Shown here: positions 11,996-26,348 of the stretch, in pieces
Position numbering within the stretch: position 1 is the stretch's first letter
Layout of the letters: each line of letters opens with the position of its first letter
Source: Dictyostelium discoideum
Lineage: Eukaryota
Direction: 5' to 3'
Length of the DNA: 64,000 nt
NCBI GenBank assembly: GCA_000004695.1
Contig: CM000154.2
Span: forward strand, 3,552,001-3,616,000
The notes under the pieces: model-generated
Seen by the model: the letters and a program-made list of their open reading frames with translations, nothing else
What the model was told of the DNA's origin: nothing
Databases searched by the model: none
Translations under genes and position numbers: made by a program

Positions 11996-13978
11996 TTAAT
12001 CTTTATTTAATTTATAAACTGTTACAGTATCGGGAATTGGGCCAATTATTAGTTCTTGTTTTTTGTCCCAAATATACAATTTTTTAACACTTTCAGGTAT
12101 AATACTTTTTGTTAAATTTTTATTGAATCCTTCAAATAAACAAACAGTTGTTACACTATAAGGAATTGAATCAATTATTAATTCTTGTTTAATATCACCT
12201 AAACGTAACTCTTTAACACTTTCTGGTATTATACCTTTGGTTAATTTTTGATTGAATCCACCCCATAAAGTAACAGTTGTTACAGTATTAGGAATTGAAT
12301 CAATAATTAATTCTTGTTTTATATCACCTATATACAACTCTTTAACACCTTCTGGTATTATACCTTTGGTTAATTTTTGATTGAATCCATCACATAAAGT
12401 AACAGTTGTTACAGTATTAGGAATTGAATCAATTATTAATTCTTGTTTTATATCATCTATATACAACTCTTTAACACCTTCTGGTATTATACCTTTGGTC
12501 AATTATTAATTCTTGTTTAATATCACCTAAACGTAACTCTTTAACACTTTCTGGTATTATACCTTTGGTTAATTTTTGATTGAATCCACCCCATAAAGTA
12601 ACAGTTGTTACAGTATTAGGAATTGAATCAATAATTAATTCTTGTTTTATATCACATATATGTAACTCTTTAACACCTTCAGGTATTATACCTTTGGTCA
12701 ATTTTTGATTGAATCCATCCAATAACTTAACAGTTGTTACAGTATTAGGAATTGAATCAATTATTAATTCTTGTTTTATATCATCTATATACAACTCTTT
12801 AACACCTTCTGGTATTATACCTTTGGTTAATTTTTGATTGAATCCATCCCATAACCAAACAGTTGTTACAGTATTAGGAATTGAATCAATAATTAATTCT
12901 TGTTTTATATTACCTAAACGTAACTCTTTAACACTTTCTGGTATTATACCTTTGGTCAATTTTTGATTGAATCCATCCAATAACTTAACAGTTGTTACAG
13001 TATTAGGAATTGAATCAATTATTAATTCTTGTTTTATATCACATATATGTAACTCTTTAACACCTTCAGGTATTATACCTTTGGTCAATTTTTGATTGAA
13101 TCCATCCAATAACTTAACAGTTGTTACAGTATTAGGAATTGAATCAATAATTAATTCTTGTTTTATATCACATATATGTAACTCTTTAACACCTTCTGGT
13201 ATTATACCTTTGGTTAATTTTTGATTGAATCCATCCAATAACCAAATAGTTGTTACAGTATTAGGAATTGAATCAATAGTTAATTCTTGTTTTATATTAC
13301 CCAAACGTAACTCTTTAATTCCTTCTGGTATTATACCTTTGGTTAATTTTTGATTGAATCCATCAAGAAGCAAAACATTTTTTGGTAATATTTTTAATTT
13401 TGATATGATATTACAATTATCTTTTAATGCGAAATTACTGTAACCTTCAAGCTTAAAAATTGATTCATCACCTGAAAATATATAAAATTTATATCCATCC
13501 ACTAAAATTAATAAATGTAAAGAATTAGTATTTTATTAGAGGCACCTATTAGTTTTTAATTTAGGCTCTTTTACTTACTTTCTATAAATTTATTTTCATT
13601 ATTTTCATTATTTTCATTATTTTCTTGAATTTGATTATTTTTAGTTGAATTAAATAATGAGTTTGTTGTTGTCGTTAAATAAGAAGAGGAAGAAAGAGGA
13701 GGATTAACTGGTAAAACAACATCTTTAACATGATTCAAAGTTGTAAATAAAGGATATAAACTACAAAATACATTACGAGAAGTACATCGTTTACAACATG
13801 GTATTAATTCACAATCCAAACAAAAATTTATTAAATTATCATTTGGATGAAGTGTGCATTTATTATTTTTATTATTTTTATTATTATTATTAATATTATT
13901 ATTGATTTTTATAATTTGATTTTCGTCACTGACGATCATTTTAGAAATTTTTGGTTTACTAAAAAAAATAAATACCAA
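11996..13978 (-). CDS. B-box zinc finger + FNIP-repeat protein (copy A), exons 13978..13579 and 13501..11996; the second exon carries a 59-nt repeat-unit deletion near 12471..12502 that shifts the frame (possible pseudogene or assembly collapse)
   Basis: Exon 1 has a B-box-like motif CTLHPNDNLINFCLDCELIPCCKRC and ends ...ENKFIES(K). A phase-1 GTAAGT...TTTTAG intron is placed identically to the one in copy B. Exon 2 is made of 44-aa FNIP repeats ([44 protein letters not shown]). At 12480..12500 one 132-nt repeat unit is truncated by 59 nt, splitting the frame into ORFs 12471..13502 and 11996..12502. Confidence 0.55.
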
Positions 13979-14207
13979 AATTGCTTTAAAAAAAAACCTT
14001 AATGTGTTAATAATAAAAAAAATAAAAATAAACCAAAATTGCTTTAAAAAATAAAAATTTCAAAAAAAAAAAAAAAAATTAAATATTTTTTAATCAAAAT
14101 CTTAAGATTTTAAGAAAAAAAAAAAAAAAAAAAAAAATAAAATAAACAAAATTATTAAAATTCTTTAAAAAAAAAAATTAGATAGTGAGATTTATAATAA
14201 TTTGTTA

Positions 14208-14590
14208 TTACAGTATTAGGAATAAAAGGTGCATTTCATGCTTTTAATTTTTATTTAATTATTTTAGAATAAATGAACAAATGAAAGTTATAAATTAGAA
14301 AATTGAAATTATATATTAATTAATCGCAGAGGGGGAGATTTATTAATCTATGTAATCTTGTTTTTTTCGAGTTGTTAGTAATTTATATTATGTACAATTG
14401 TGATAATAGCAAACATTATATTTTATCATTATTATTTTTTAGCTGTTACAGTATTAGGAATTGAATCAATAATTAATTCTTGTTTTATATTACCTATATA
14501 CAACACTTTAACACCTTCTGGTATTATACCTTTGGTTAATTTTTGATTGAATCCATCAAATAACCTAACAGTTGTTACGGTATTATTAAA
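14208..14590 (-). other. Orphan FNIP-repeat gene fragments (a 3'-end-like piece at 14208..14260 and one repeat unit at 14443..14580)
   Basis: Strong nucleotide similarity to the repeat units of copy A. The segment 14213..14260 matches 11975..12010. There is no intact ORF. Confidence 0.4.
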
Positions 14591-14839
14591 AACTTAAAAT
14601 ATTGATATTACAAGATAAACTATATCATAAAAAAAAAAAAAAAAACAACAAACAAAAATAAAATATGTTTCCTATTATTTTCCTATTATAATAATAATTT
14701 TAATTTTCTTCTAATACATTTTCCAAAAAAAAAAAAAAAGATTTTAAACCTTTGAATATTATAATTTATTTACATGTGACATTACTTAAAATGTTTTTTT
14801 ATTTTTTTTATTTTTTTTATTTTTATTTTTTTTTTTACA

Positions 14840-14852
14840 ATTATTATTATTA

Positions 14853-14945
<93 letters not shown>

Positions 14946-15000
14946 CATCTATCTCTATTTATCTATCTATCCATCTATCTATTATCTATTATCTATTATT
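14840..15000. repeat. (ATT)n microsatellite followed by (TCTA)n
   Basis: Seen directly. It produces the artefactual poly-I ORF 14752..15003. Confidence 0.9.
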
Positions 15001-15511
15001 TAAACTTGTAATTTTCCTTGAGTAAAAGCGAATAAGAGATGTACTATCGCCAAACCAACACCACAAATGATACCTTGATACCAAGATAATAAAAAACTAC
15101 CTGAAACGTAGATTGCACTTAAAATAAGTGCTGAAATACCACCATAACATATACCAATTGCCATACCATACATTGCAGTAAAAATTGGTATAAAAGGTGA
15201 AAATTTTGATTTCTTTAATACAAATGATGCTACAAACCCTGATATTAAATATGAAATTGTTGTAACTACTGTACACCAAAATGTAATTGCTAACCAAATA
15301 TCTATAGATTTATTTATTTTTTTAAAAAAATATAAATTTATAAAATATAAAATAAAAATTAATATAAAATAAAAATAAAAATAAAAATAAAAATAAAAAT
15401 ATAAATAAATTTTATAAAATAGTTACCTCCATATTGATAAAAATAACCATGAAATAATGAACCATCAGTTAAATAACGAGTATCCGGTTGAAGACTATCT
15501 CTAAATGGCAT
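15000..15511 (-). CDS. TMEM170-like small multi-pass membrane protein (about 128 aa), 2 exons: 15511..15427, 15301..15000
   Basis: Exon 1 is [28 protein letters not shown], followed by a phase-1 GTAACT...CTATAG intron. Exon 2 ([68 protein letters not shown]...) has three predicted TM helices and aligns with human TMEM170A (MWYGVFLWALVSS...FTLRHHKYGRF...LLMGIVGPITAGILTSAAIAGVY). The ORF track misses it and shows only antisense junk at 15097..15297. Confidence 0.55.
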
Positions 15512-15775
15512 ATCATATATAAATATATTAACTTTTTATTTTTATAATGGGATGTTTATATTACTGCGCGAAAAAAAAAAAAAAAAAAAAAAAATAATAA
15601 AAAAAAAGTGAATAAAAAAAAAAAAAAACAAAAATAAAAATAAAAATAAAAATAAAAATAAAATTAAATAAAAAAAAAAAAAAAAATCCAAAACACCCCA
15701 ACACCCAACCATCACAAATCTAGATTTGATTTCATTAATATTTTTTTTTTTTTTTTTTAATAATAACGATAAATG

Positions 15776-15811
<36 letters not shown>

Positions 15812-15892
15812 ACAAATGAGGAAATTTTTTTTTTTTTTTTATACAATTTAATTTTTATTTAATATATATTATTTATTTATTTAATTATTTAT

Positions 15893-17481
15893 TTAATTAT
15901 TTAAATTTTGATTAATTTCAATTGGTAAAATAAAAGTTTTATCATTAACAAAATTTTTTAAATTTTCACCATTTAAAGAAACTAAAGGTGATACTTCACA
16001 AATTGTTGAATTTGAAGAATCTATTTTACCACCAGAATTTTCAATAAAACTTTTATGAAGATTTGAGATATCACGTAAACAAGTTTCAGGTGAATCTGGT
16101 AAATTCATTCCACCACAATTTTTAAGTGGTGAAAATTCTTTTGAACGTTCAATTTCTAAACAAACCATTTTCTTTGAGAATGGGAAAACATCGAAAATGA
16201 ATTTCTCCAATTTCCAACCATTTGGAGAGGATGGTGATTGACGTTCACCACTAATTGGATGAGCTGAAGGTATTTTTTTGAAGGCAACATGATATTTCAA
16301 ATGGTCCAAATGATTCTTTGCAATTCTATCCAAGAAATCAAAAGAGAAAGCATTGATACAAATATGAGCATAATTGAAAACCAATTGACCATTTTGATCT
16401 TTTTTGAATTTAGATTGTTCATCGATTTCGCTATACTCTAATACGAATGGTTTACCATCGCCATTGAGTGCCATAACGCCAACTGGTTCTTTTGGGTCGC
16501 TTTTCGACACGACCTTTGCACCGCAATCCGCTGATTGATCGTGCATGTATCCGACAAAGACGGGGTCTGCCATATTGATAAGGATGTTATCCACACAATA
16601 TTGAGTGACGTATTTGATACCCTTTTTACGCATATCGTCGATTGCACCACTTGTGGAGAGTGCTTTAAACAAGCCACCATTTCCATTAGGTGATAGGGAT
16701 AACTTTGAGCCACTCTCTGATATGATTTTACCATCCTCTGGTGTTATACATGGTATCATTGCTTGTGAGAAGAAAAAGAAAGCACTCTTTTTCAAACCAA
16801 AATAATTCTTATTCTCAAAGAATTTAATTGTCTCTGAATGTGTTGCTTCACTTGTCATTATATACCATTGAATTGGTTTAGAATCTTGATCATAGCTACC
16901 ATTATATCTCTCACTAACCAATTGTTGTAATCTATAGATTCTTTCAGCTTGTAATTGAAATAATGATTTCTTTGATGGTAATCCAACATCATAAAATCCT
17001 TTTGGAAATGTTGTACCTAATCTAGTTGCTTGTCCACCCGCTAATAATAATACTGCAACTTCACCTTTACTAATTAATTCATATCCAATATCTTCCCATT
17101 TCTTTTTATCTTGTTCTTTAATTTTATTTAATGTCATAACATTTTCAAAATGTTCATATTTCATAATTTTTTGTTCATCTTTTAAAAAAAAAAAATAAAA
17201 AAAAAAAAAATTATAATAATAATAAAAAATTAATATATATATATATACAATTATAATAATAATAATAAAAATTAATATATTTATTTTTTTATTTTAAATT
17301 TACCTTTATTTAAAAGAACATTTTTATAATCTTTATTGACTTCTTTAACATTAATTTTTCTAATATCATTTTCAAAATTTAATTTCTCTTCATTTGATAA
17401 TTTATCAAACCAATTAAATACATGACCTTGTCCTTGTTCAATCCATTCGTTTCTAATATCTTCAAAATTTGTTGTATCCAT
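15893..17481 (-). CDS. UDP-N-acetylglucosamine pyrophosphorylase (UAP1/AGX1 family), 2 exons: 17481..17304, 17178..15893
   Basis: A phase-1 GTAAAT...TAAAAG intron joins ...DYKNVLLNK to DEQKIMKYEHFENV.... Motifs AVLLLAGGQATRLG, KGFYDVGLPS, LFQLQAERI, WYIMTS, PNGNGG, DCGAKVV and EYSEI are collinear with human UAP1. Confidence 0.85.
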
Positions 17482-17786
17482 ATTTATTATTATTATTATA
17501 TTTTTGTAATAGTATATTTGTAATGGTATATGATTTTATATATATTTTATTTTTGATCAAATAATTAAAAGCTACAATATTAAATAAATAATAAATAAGG
17601 TGTGTGTATTTTTATTTTTTTTTTTTTTTTAAAAAAAATAATAATTTAATTTAAAATTTTTTTTTTTTTTTTTTTAAATATATATTGATTTTAAATTATT
17701 TAATAAGCTTATTTGTATACAAGTAATTTATAAAATATGTATTATTATTATTATTATTATTTATTATTTATTATTATTTTTTTAAT

Positions 17787-17807
17787 GTGTGTGTGTGTGT
17801 GTGTGTG
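17787..17807. repeat. (GT)10 dinucleotide repeat
   Basis: Seen directly. Confidence 0.9.
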
Positions 17808-17998
17808 GTAATATGGTTGTAACTACACAAATAATAAATTTTATTTTTATTTTTTTATTTTTATTTTTTTTTTTTTCAAATTTTATTTTTAATTTTAGTT
17901 GTTGTTTGTTTTAAAAAAACTGAACGAAATCATTTTTTTTTTTTTTTTTTTTTTATTTTTAAAAAATCTAACTTCGTCAGGTCAAATTTATTTTTTTT

Positions 17999-18062
<64 letters not shown>

Positions 18063-18444
18063 CAAAAAGAAGTTGGAGATTATTGGTCCTATATTGCAAT
18101 AAATGGAAATTAACGAATTTTAATTTTTTAATTTTTTAATTTCAAATCCCTTTGAATAAGTTAGTTAAAATAAAATAATTGACAAATTATTATCATTATT
18201 ATTTTTTTTTTTTTTCCACAAGATTTTTAAAAATAATACTTTTTTGTTTAGGGAAAAAAAAAAAATGTGAAAATAAAAAAAAAAAAAATATATTGGTTTA
18301 GAAAAAAATAATAATAATAATATTAATAAAAATATAATTAATAAATCTTAATTTTCAACCAAATAAAAAAAAAAAATATTCAATTAATTAATTAATTAAT
18401 TTATTTATTTATTTTGTTTTTGTTTTTTTTTTTTATTTTTCATT

Positions 18445-20064
18445 TTATTTTAAATAATATTTAAAATTATTTTTACCACCAATATTAACAGAAACCCAAT
18501 CATTTTCATTATATTGATGAACACCAATTTCTTGAAATTTCATTAAATCAAATTTAAAAGATTCAAATTTATTAAAAATATTAGTAATTGAAAGTTCATA
18601 TTTTTCAGTTGAAAGACCATCAATTTGATCATTAATTAAATCTTTTAAATTATTTTTTCTATAATTTAAATCAATGAATTGGATAATTTCCTTTTTTGAT
18701 TTTTTTGTAATTTTATTACGTTCATCCCAACATTGATTTAAAAGTGTGAATATATCTTGATTGAAATTCCATAACTGTTGATTAAAACTCAATGGTTTGT
18801 ATTCCTCTATAGAGTCTGATGGATCCCAACCTTTTGCATTTGGATCATTTAAATATTCGATTAAATCATTTTTATGAAACCTATTTGATGGTCCTTGAAA
18901 AAGATTCCATTTACTCCAAACAATGTAATTAATTCTACCAATATCTTGTTTATAAATATCTGCTAATAATTGATTAATTTTATTAACTTCAATTGATAAA
19001 AAGAATAAAAAATCTTGGTATCCTGCTGGAACAATATGATGATACGAAAATTGAATACCAGTTTTATTATTATCATTTGCTTTTGGGCCTGGAAAGTTAC
19101 CCCTAGTTACCATTATTCTTTTTTCAAAATTTTCAATATTATAATCATCTTCACTATCACCACCATCATCAATACTTGGTGGAATTACATTAATTGGAGT
19201 ATATTCACCATTTGGAAATATTAATTTTAATAATTGACTTTTTTCATAAATTGATGAAATATTAATTAAATTAATTTCATTTTCATCATCATTATTTTCA
19301 ATTACATTTAAAATTGATAAAACTCTACTTGAACTATCAATTAAAACACCACCACTTGAACCATACCCTTCTTCACCTTTTAATGAGTTGGAATGTGTTT
19401 TTTGATCAAAATCAAATGTAACTTTCTTTGGACCACTTGATGGATGACTAAATAAAAAATGTTCATTTGATTTTAATTTATTGGATTCATTGGTATCGGA
19501 TTTTAAAAATAATTTTAATTTTGAATTGAATTCATATGATTCCGGTACACTATGTTCTAATTCTAAAATACAATAACCAATTTCATTATTTCTTTCATAA
19601 ATTCTTTTAACTTTTATATTTTCACCTAAATCAATTGTTGGTGTAACTGAATTATTACCTTGAATTTTGATAAAAGTTTTTTGATAATCAATTCTTACTG
19701 ATACCATATTTAAAAATTGTTTTTTAATTGAATAAGATGTTGTTAAAACATATTTTGGATGAATTAATAAACCAGTTGCAAATGGTGATCCTGGTCCAAA
19801 TGTTAATGCAACAATACTTTTTTCAAAATGTTTAACTAAATCTTTTAATTCAATTGAATATTTTGATGATAATAAAATATCAATAATATCTTTTTTTATT
19901 AAAATATTTTCATTATTACTACTACTACTAAAACTGGTGAAACTACTACTACCAACAACACTACTACTATTAATTGATTCAATATTTGATTTAATATTAT
20001 TAAAATTTACTTTTTGATTATTTTCAAAATAATTTAAAATTCCATTAAAATTTATTAATGTCAT
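18445..20064 (-). CDS. Hypothetical 539-aa protein with a possible trypsin-like (chymotrypsin-fold) peptidase segment; single exon
   Basis: Long uninterrupted ORF with coding-like composition. Weak motifs (ALTFGPGSPFATGLLIHPKYVLTT ... GYGSSGGVLIDSSSRVL) resemble Trypsin_2-family serine peptidases. I do not recognise the C-terminal half. Confidence 0.55.
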   Translation of the reverse strand: MTLINFNGILNYFENNQKVNFNNIKSNIESINSSSVVGSSSFTSFSSSSNNENILIKKDIIDILLSSKYSIELKDLVKHFEKSIVALTFGPGSPFATGLLIHPKYVLTTSYSIKKQFLNMVSVRIDYQKTFIKIQGNNSVTPTIDLGENIKVKRIYERNNEIGYCILELEHSVPESYEFNSKLKLFLKSDTNESNKLKSNEHFLFSHPSSGPKKVTFDFDQKTHSNSLKGEEGYGSSGGVLIDSSSRVLSILNVIENNDDENEINLINISSIYEKSQLLKLIFPNGEYTPINVIPPSIDDGGDSEDDYNIENFEKRIMVTRGNFPGPKANDNNKTGIQFSYHHIVPAGYQDFLFFLSIEVNKINQLLADIYKQDIGRINYIVWSKWNLFQGPSNRFHKNDLIEYLNDPNAKGWDPSDSIEEYKPLSFNQQLWNFNQDIFTLLNQCWDERNKITKKSKKEIIQFIDLNYRKNNLKDLINDQIDGLSTEKYELSITNIFNKFESFKFDLMKFQEIGVHQYNENDWVSVNIGGKNNFKYYLK

Positions 20065-20150
20065 TTTTTTTTTTAATTCTTTTATTATTTTCTTATTATT
20101 ATTATTAAAATTAATATGAGTTAAATTATTTATGTTTTTTAATGTGGAAG

Positions 20151-20185
<35 letters not shown>

Positions 20186-20750
20186 GTTATCTCACCCCAT
20201 TTAGATTTAGATTAAAAATATCCCAGTGGTTTATTTTTTTTTTATTTTTTAAAAAAAAATAAAAAAATAAAAAAATAAAAAAATAAAAAAATAATGTTAT
20301 TTAAAAGACAATTAATTTCCAAATACATAAGTAAATTGTTTTTTTTTTTTATTTTATTTTTTTCAAAATTTTTATAAAAAATGAAAATTAAAAACTAATG
20401 TATATGTATATATCTCATTTATTTTTAGATATTCCGAAATACTATTAATATATAAATAATTTTTAAAAAAACCCCTTTTTAAATTTTTTTTTTTTCACAA
20501 ATTTTAAAAATAAAAAAAAAAAAAAAAAAAATTATTTTTGATTTCAAAAAAAAAAAAAAAAAAAAAAAACGATTTATTTTTTTTTTTTTTAATGTTTGTT
20601 AATAATATTAAACAACAATTTTATTTAAACATCATTAAGAATCAACCATTTAAAAGTAGTTGTAAAATCATTAATAGTTGTAATAATAATAATAATAGTA
20701 ATAGTATTTATAGTTGTAGTAATAATAATAGTTTAATATTTAAAAGAAAA
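20065..20750. promoter_or_regulatory. Divergent promoter region between the 18445..20064 gene (minus) and the IPP isomerase gene (plus)
   Basis: Both genes start outward from this A/T-homopolymer-rich interval. Confidence 0.3.
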
Positions 20751-21560
20751 ATGGCAACAAAATCAAATGAAGAGAATATTGCAGAATTTAAAGGTCATAA
20801 TGAAATTCAAATTGAATTAATGAAAGAAGAATGTATTGTAGTTGATAATGATGATAAACCAATTAGACCAGGATCAAAGAAAGAAACTCATTTAATGGTT
20901 AATATTAATAATGGCTTACTTCATCGTGCATTCAGTATTTTCTTATTCAATGGTGAAGGTAAATTATTACTTCAACAAAGAGCATTAGAGAAAATCACTT
21001 TCCCAGGCTATTGGACAAACACTGTTTGTTCTCATCCACTTTGGATTGTTGGTTCTGAATTAGTTGAAGAGAATGCTCAAGGTGTTAAAATAGCTGCAAA
21101 AAGAAAATTAAATCATGAATTAGGTGTACCATTAGATCAAGTCAATATCGATGATTTCACTTTTATGACTAAAATTCATTACAAATCTGAATCAAAAGAA
21201 GATCCACAATGGGGTGAACATGAAAGTATGTTTTTTTCAACTCTATATTAAATATATATATTAATACTAATAACTACTTGTATATATATATATATATATA
21301 TTATTTACATTTTAGTTGATCATATTTTAATTATGCAAAAAGATGGTATTACAATTAATGCTGAACCAAATGAAGTTATGGACTATAAATATGTATCACA
21401 AGAAGAATTAGATCAATTATTTAAAGATGAAGATGAAGGTAAAGTTAAAGTAACACCTTGGTTTAGATTAATTGCATTAAATCATTTAAAACCATGGTGG
21501 AATAATTTAAATAATTTAAAACCATTAGTTGAACCAACAAATACAATTCATAGATATTAA
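20751..21560 (+). CDS. Isopentenyl-diphosphate delta-isomerase (type 1, Nudix fold), 2 exons: 20751..21225, 21316..21560
   Basis: MATKSNEEN...LLHRAFSIFLFNGEGKLLLQQRALEKITFPGYWTNTVCSHPL...WGEHE(I)DHILIM...TPWFRLIA is collinear with human IDI1 ([56 protein letters not shown]). The intron is phase-1 GTATGT...TTTTAG. The upstream extension of ORF 20538 (poly-K/N) is not part of the gene. Confidence 0.85.
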
Positions 21561-21620
21561 TAAAATAAAATAAAAATAAAATAAACTTTTTTTTAAATAA
21601 TTTTTTTAAATAATTTTTTT

Positions 21621-22420
21621 TTATTCTAATTTAGCAATTGAAGTTAATTGAATTTTTTTAAATTCAGAATCAAAGATTGAAGAGATTTCATTTGAAATTT
21701 CATCTATTGATCTATTTGCATTTATAATTTTCCATTGATCATCAACTAATTTCTCTTCATAGATTTGTTTAATCTTTTTTTGAAATTCTAATTTTTCATA
21801 TCTTTCACCACCATATTCACCACGTTTAGTTGCATCTTCTGAACTCATTGATAAATAAAATATTAAATCTGGTTTTGGTAATCCTTTTTCACATGCATAA
21901 CACCAATCGAAATCAATTCCTTTTGCTGCACTATATGCAACACCACTATATGAATATCTATCAACAACTATATTTGTACCATTATTTAATAATTCTAAAA
22001 TTGAATCTCTATATTTATATATAAAAAATAAAAAATAAAAATAAAATAAAATAAAATAAAAAATAAATAAAAAAAAACTATTATTAGAATTATTTAATTT
22101 TATTTAATTTTATTTTTGTTTTATTTTATTTTATTTTACCTTGCTTCCCAACGATTTGAAGAAAATAATAAATGTAATGCTCTATCATCCATATTTGTTG
22201 CATTTTGAAGATATTGATTTATAATTTGACCAATTGGTGTTGTACGGTCTGGAAATCTTAATGATTTTGTTGGTAATTTTTGTACATTTGAAATATGATT
22301 GGTTAATGATTGAACTTGAGTTGATTTTCCAACTCTATCAACACCTTCAAATAATATAAATAATCCTCTTTTAATCATTGTTTTTTCTTCTTCTCCTTCT
22401 TCTTTTTTTGTATTAATCAT
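21621..22420 (-). CDS. Thymidylate (dTMP) kinase, 2 exons: 22420..22140, 22008..21621
   Basis: P-loop FILFEGVDRVGKSTQ, then RFPDRTTPIGQII and LLFSSNRWEA(R) in exon 1. A phase-2 GTAAAA...AATATAG intron follows. Exon 2 (DSILELLNNGTNIVVDRYSYSGVAYSAAKG...LPKPDLIFYLSMS...RGEYGGERYE) is collinear with human DTYMK. Confidence 0.8.
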
Positions 22421-22814
22421 ATCCTTTTTTTTTTTTTTTTTTTTTTTAATTTAATAATAATTTGGAATATAAAAAAAAAAAAAAAAAAAAAAAATCTGTT
22501 TGAAAATAAAAAAAAAAAAAAAAAAAAATTAAATTTTTTAGCGCACTTATTACCTGTTACAATCTTTTTTTTTTTTTTTTTTTTTTTATTAAATTTATTT
22601 TTTTTATTTTTATTCTTTTCATTTAAATAATTATATTTTAAAATTAGTTTAGAAAAAAAAAAAAAAAATAAATAAAAAAGGAAAAATAAAAAAATAATTA
22701 ATTAAAAATAAATTAAAAAAAATAAATTGGAAAAAAAAAAAACGAAACCGAACTGAAAAGTTTTTATTTTTATTTTTATTTTTATTTCCTACAAAAACCA
22801 ATAAATAGTCAACA

Positions 22815-26312
<3,498 letters not shown>

Positions 26313-26348
26313 TGTGTGTTTATAGATTAGGTTTTAATTATTATTTAT

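Noticed and set aside
20538-20750. Upstream part of ORF 20538..21251 ([17 protein letters not shown]...)
   Set aside because: It is a homopolymer-derived low-complexity extension. Alignment to IDI1 shows the true start is the Met at 20751 (MATKSNEEN...).
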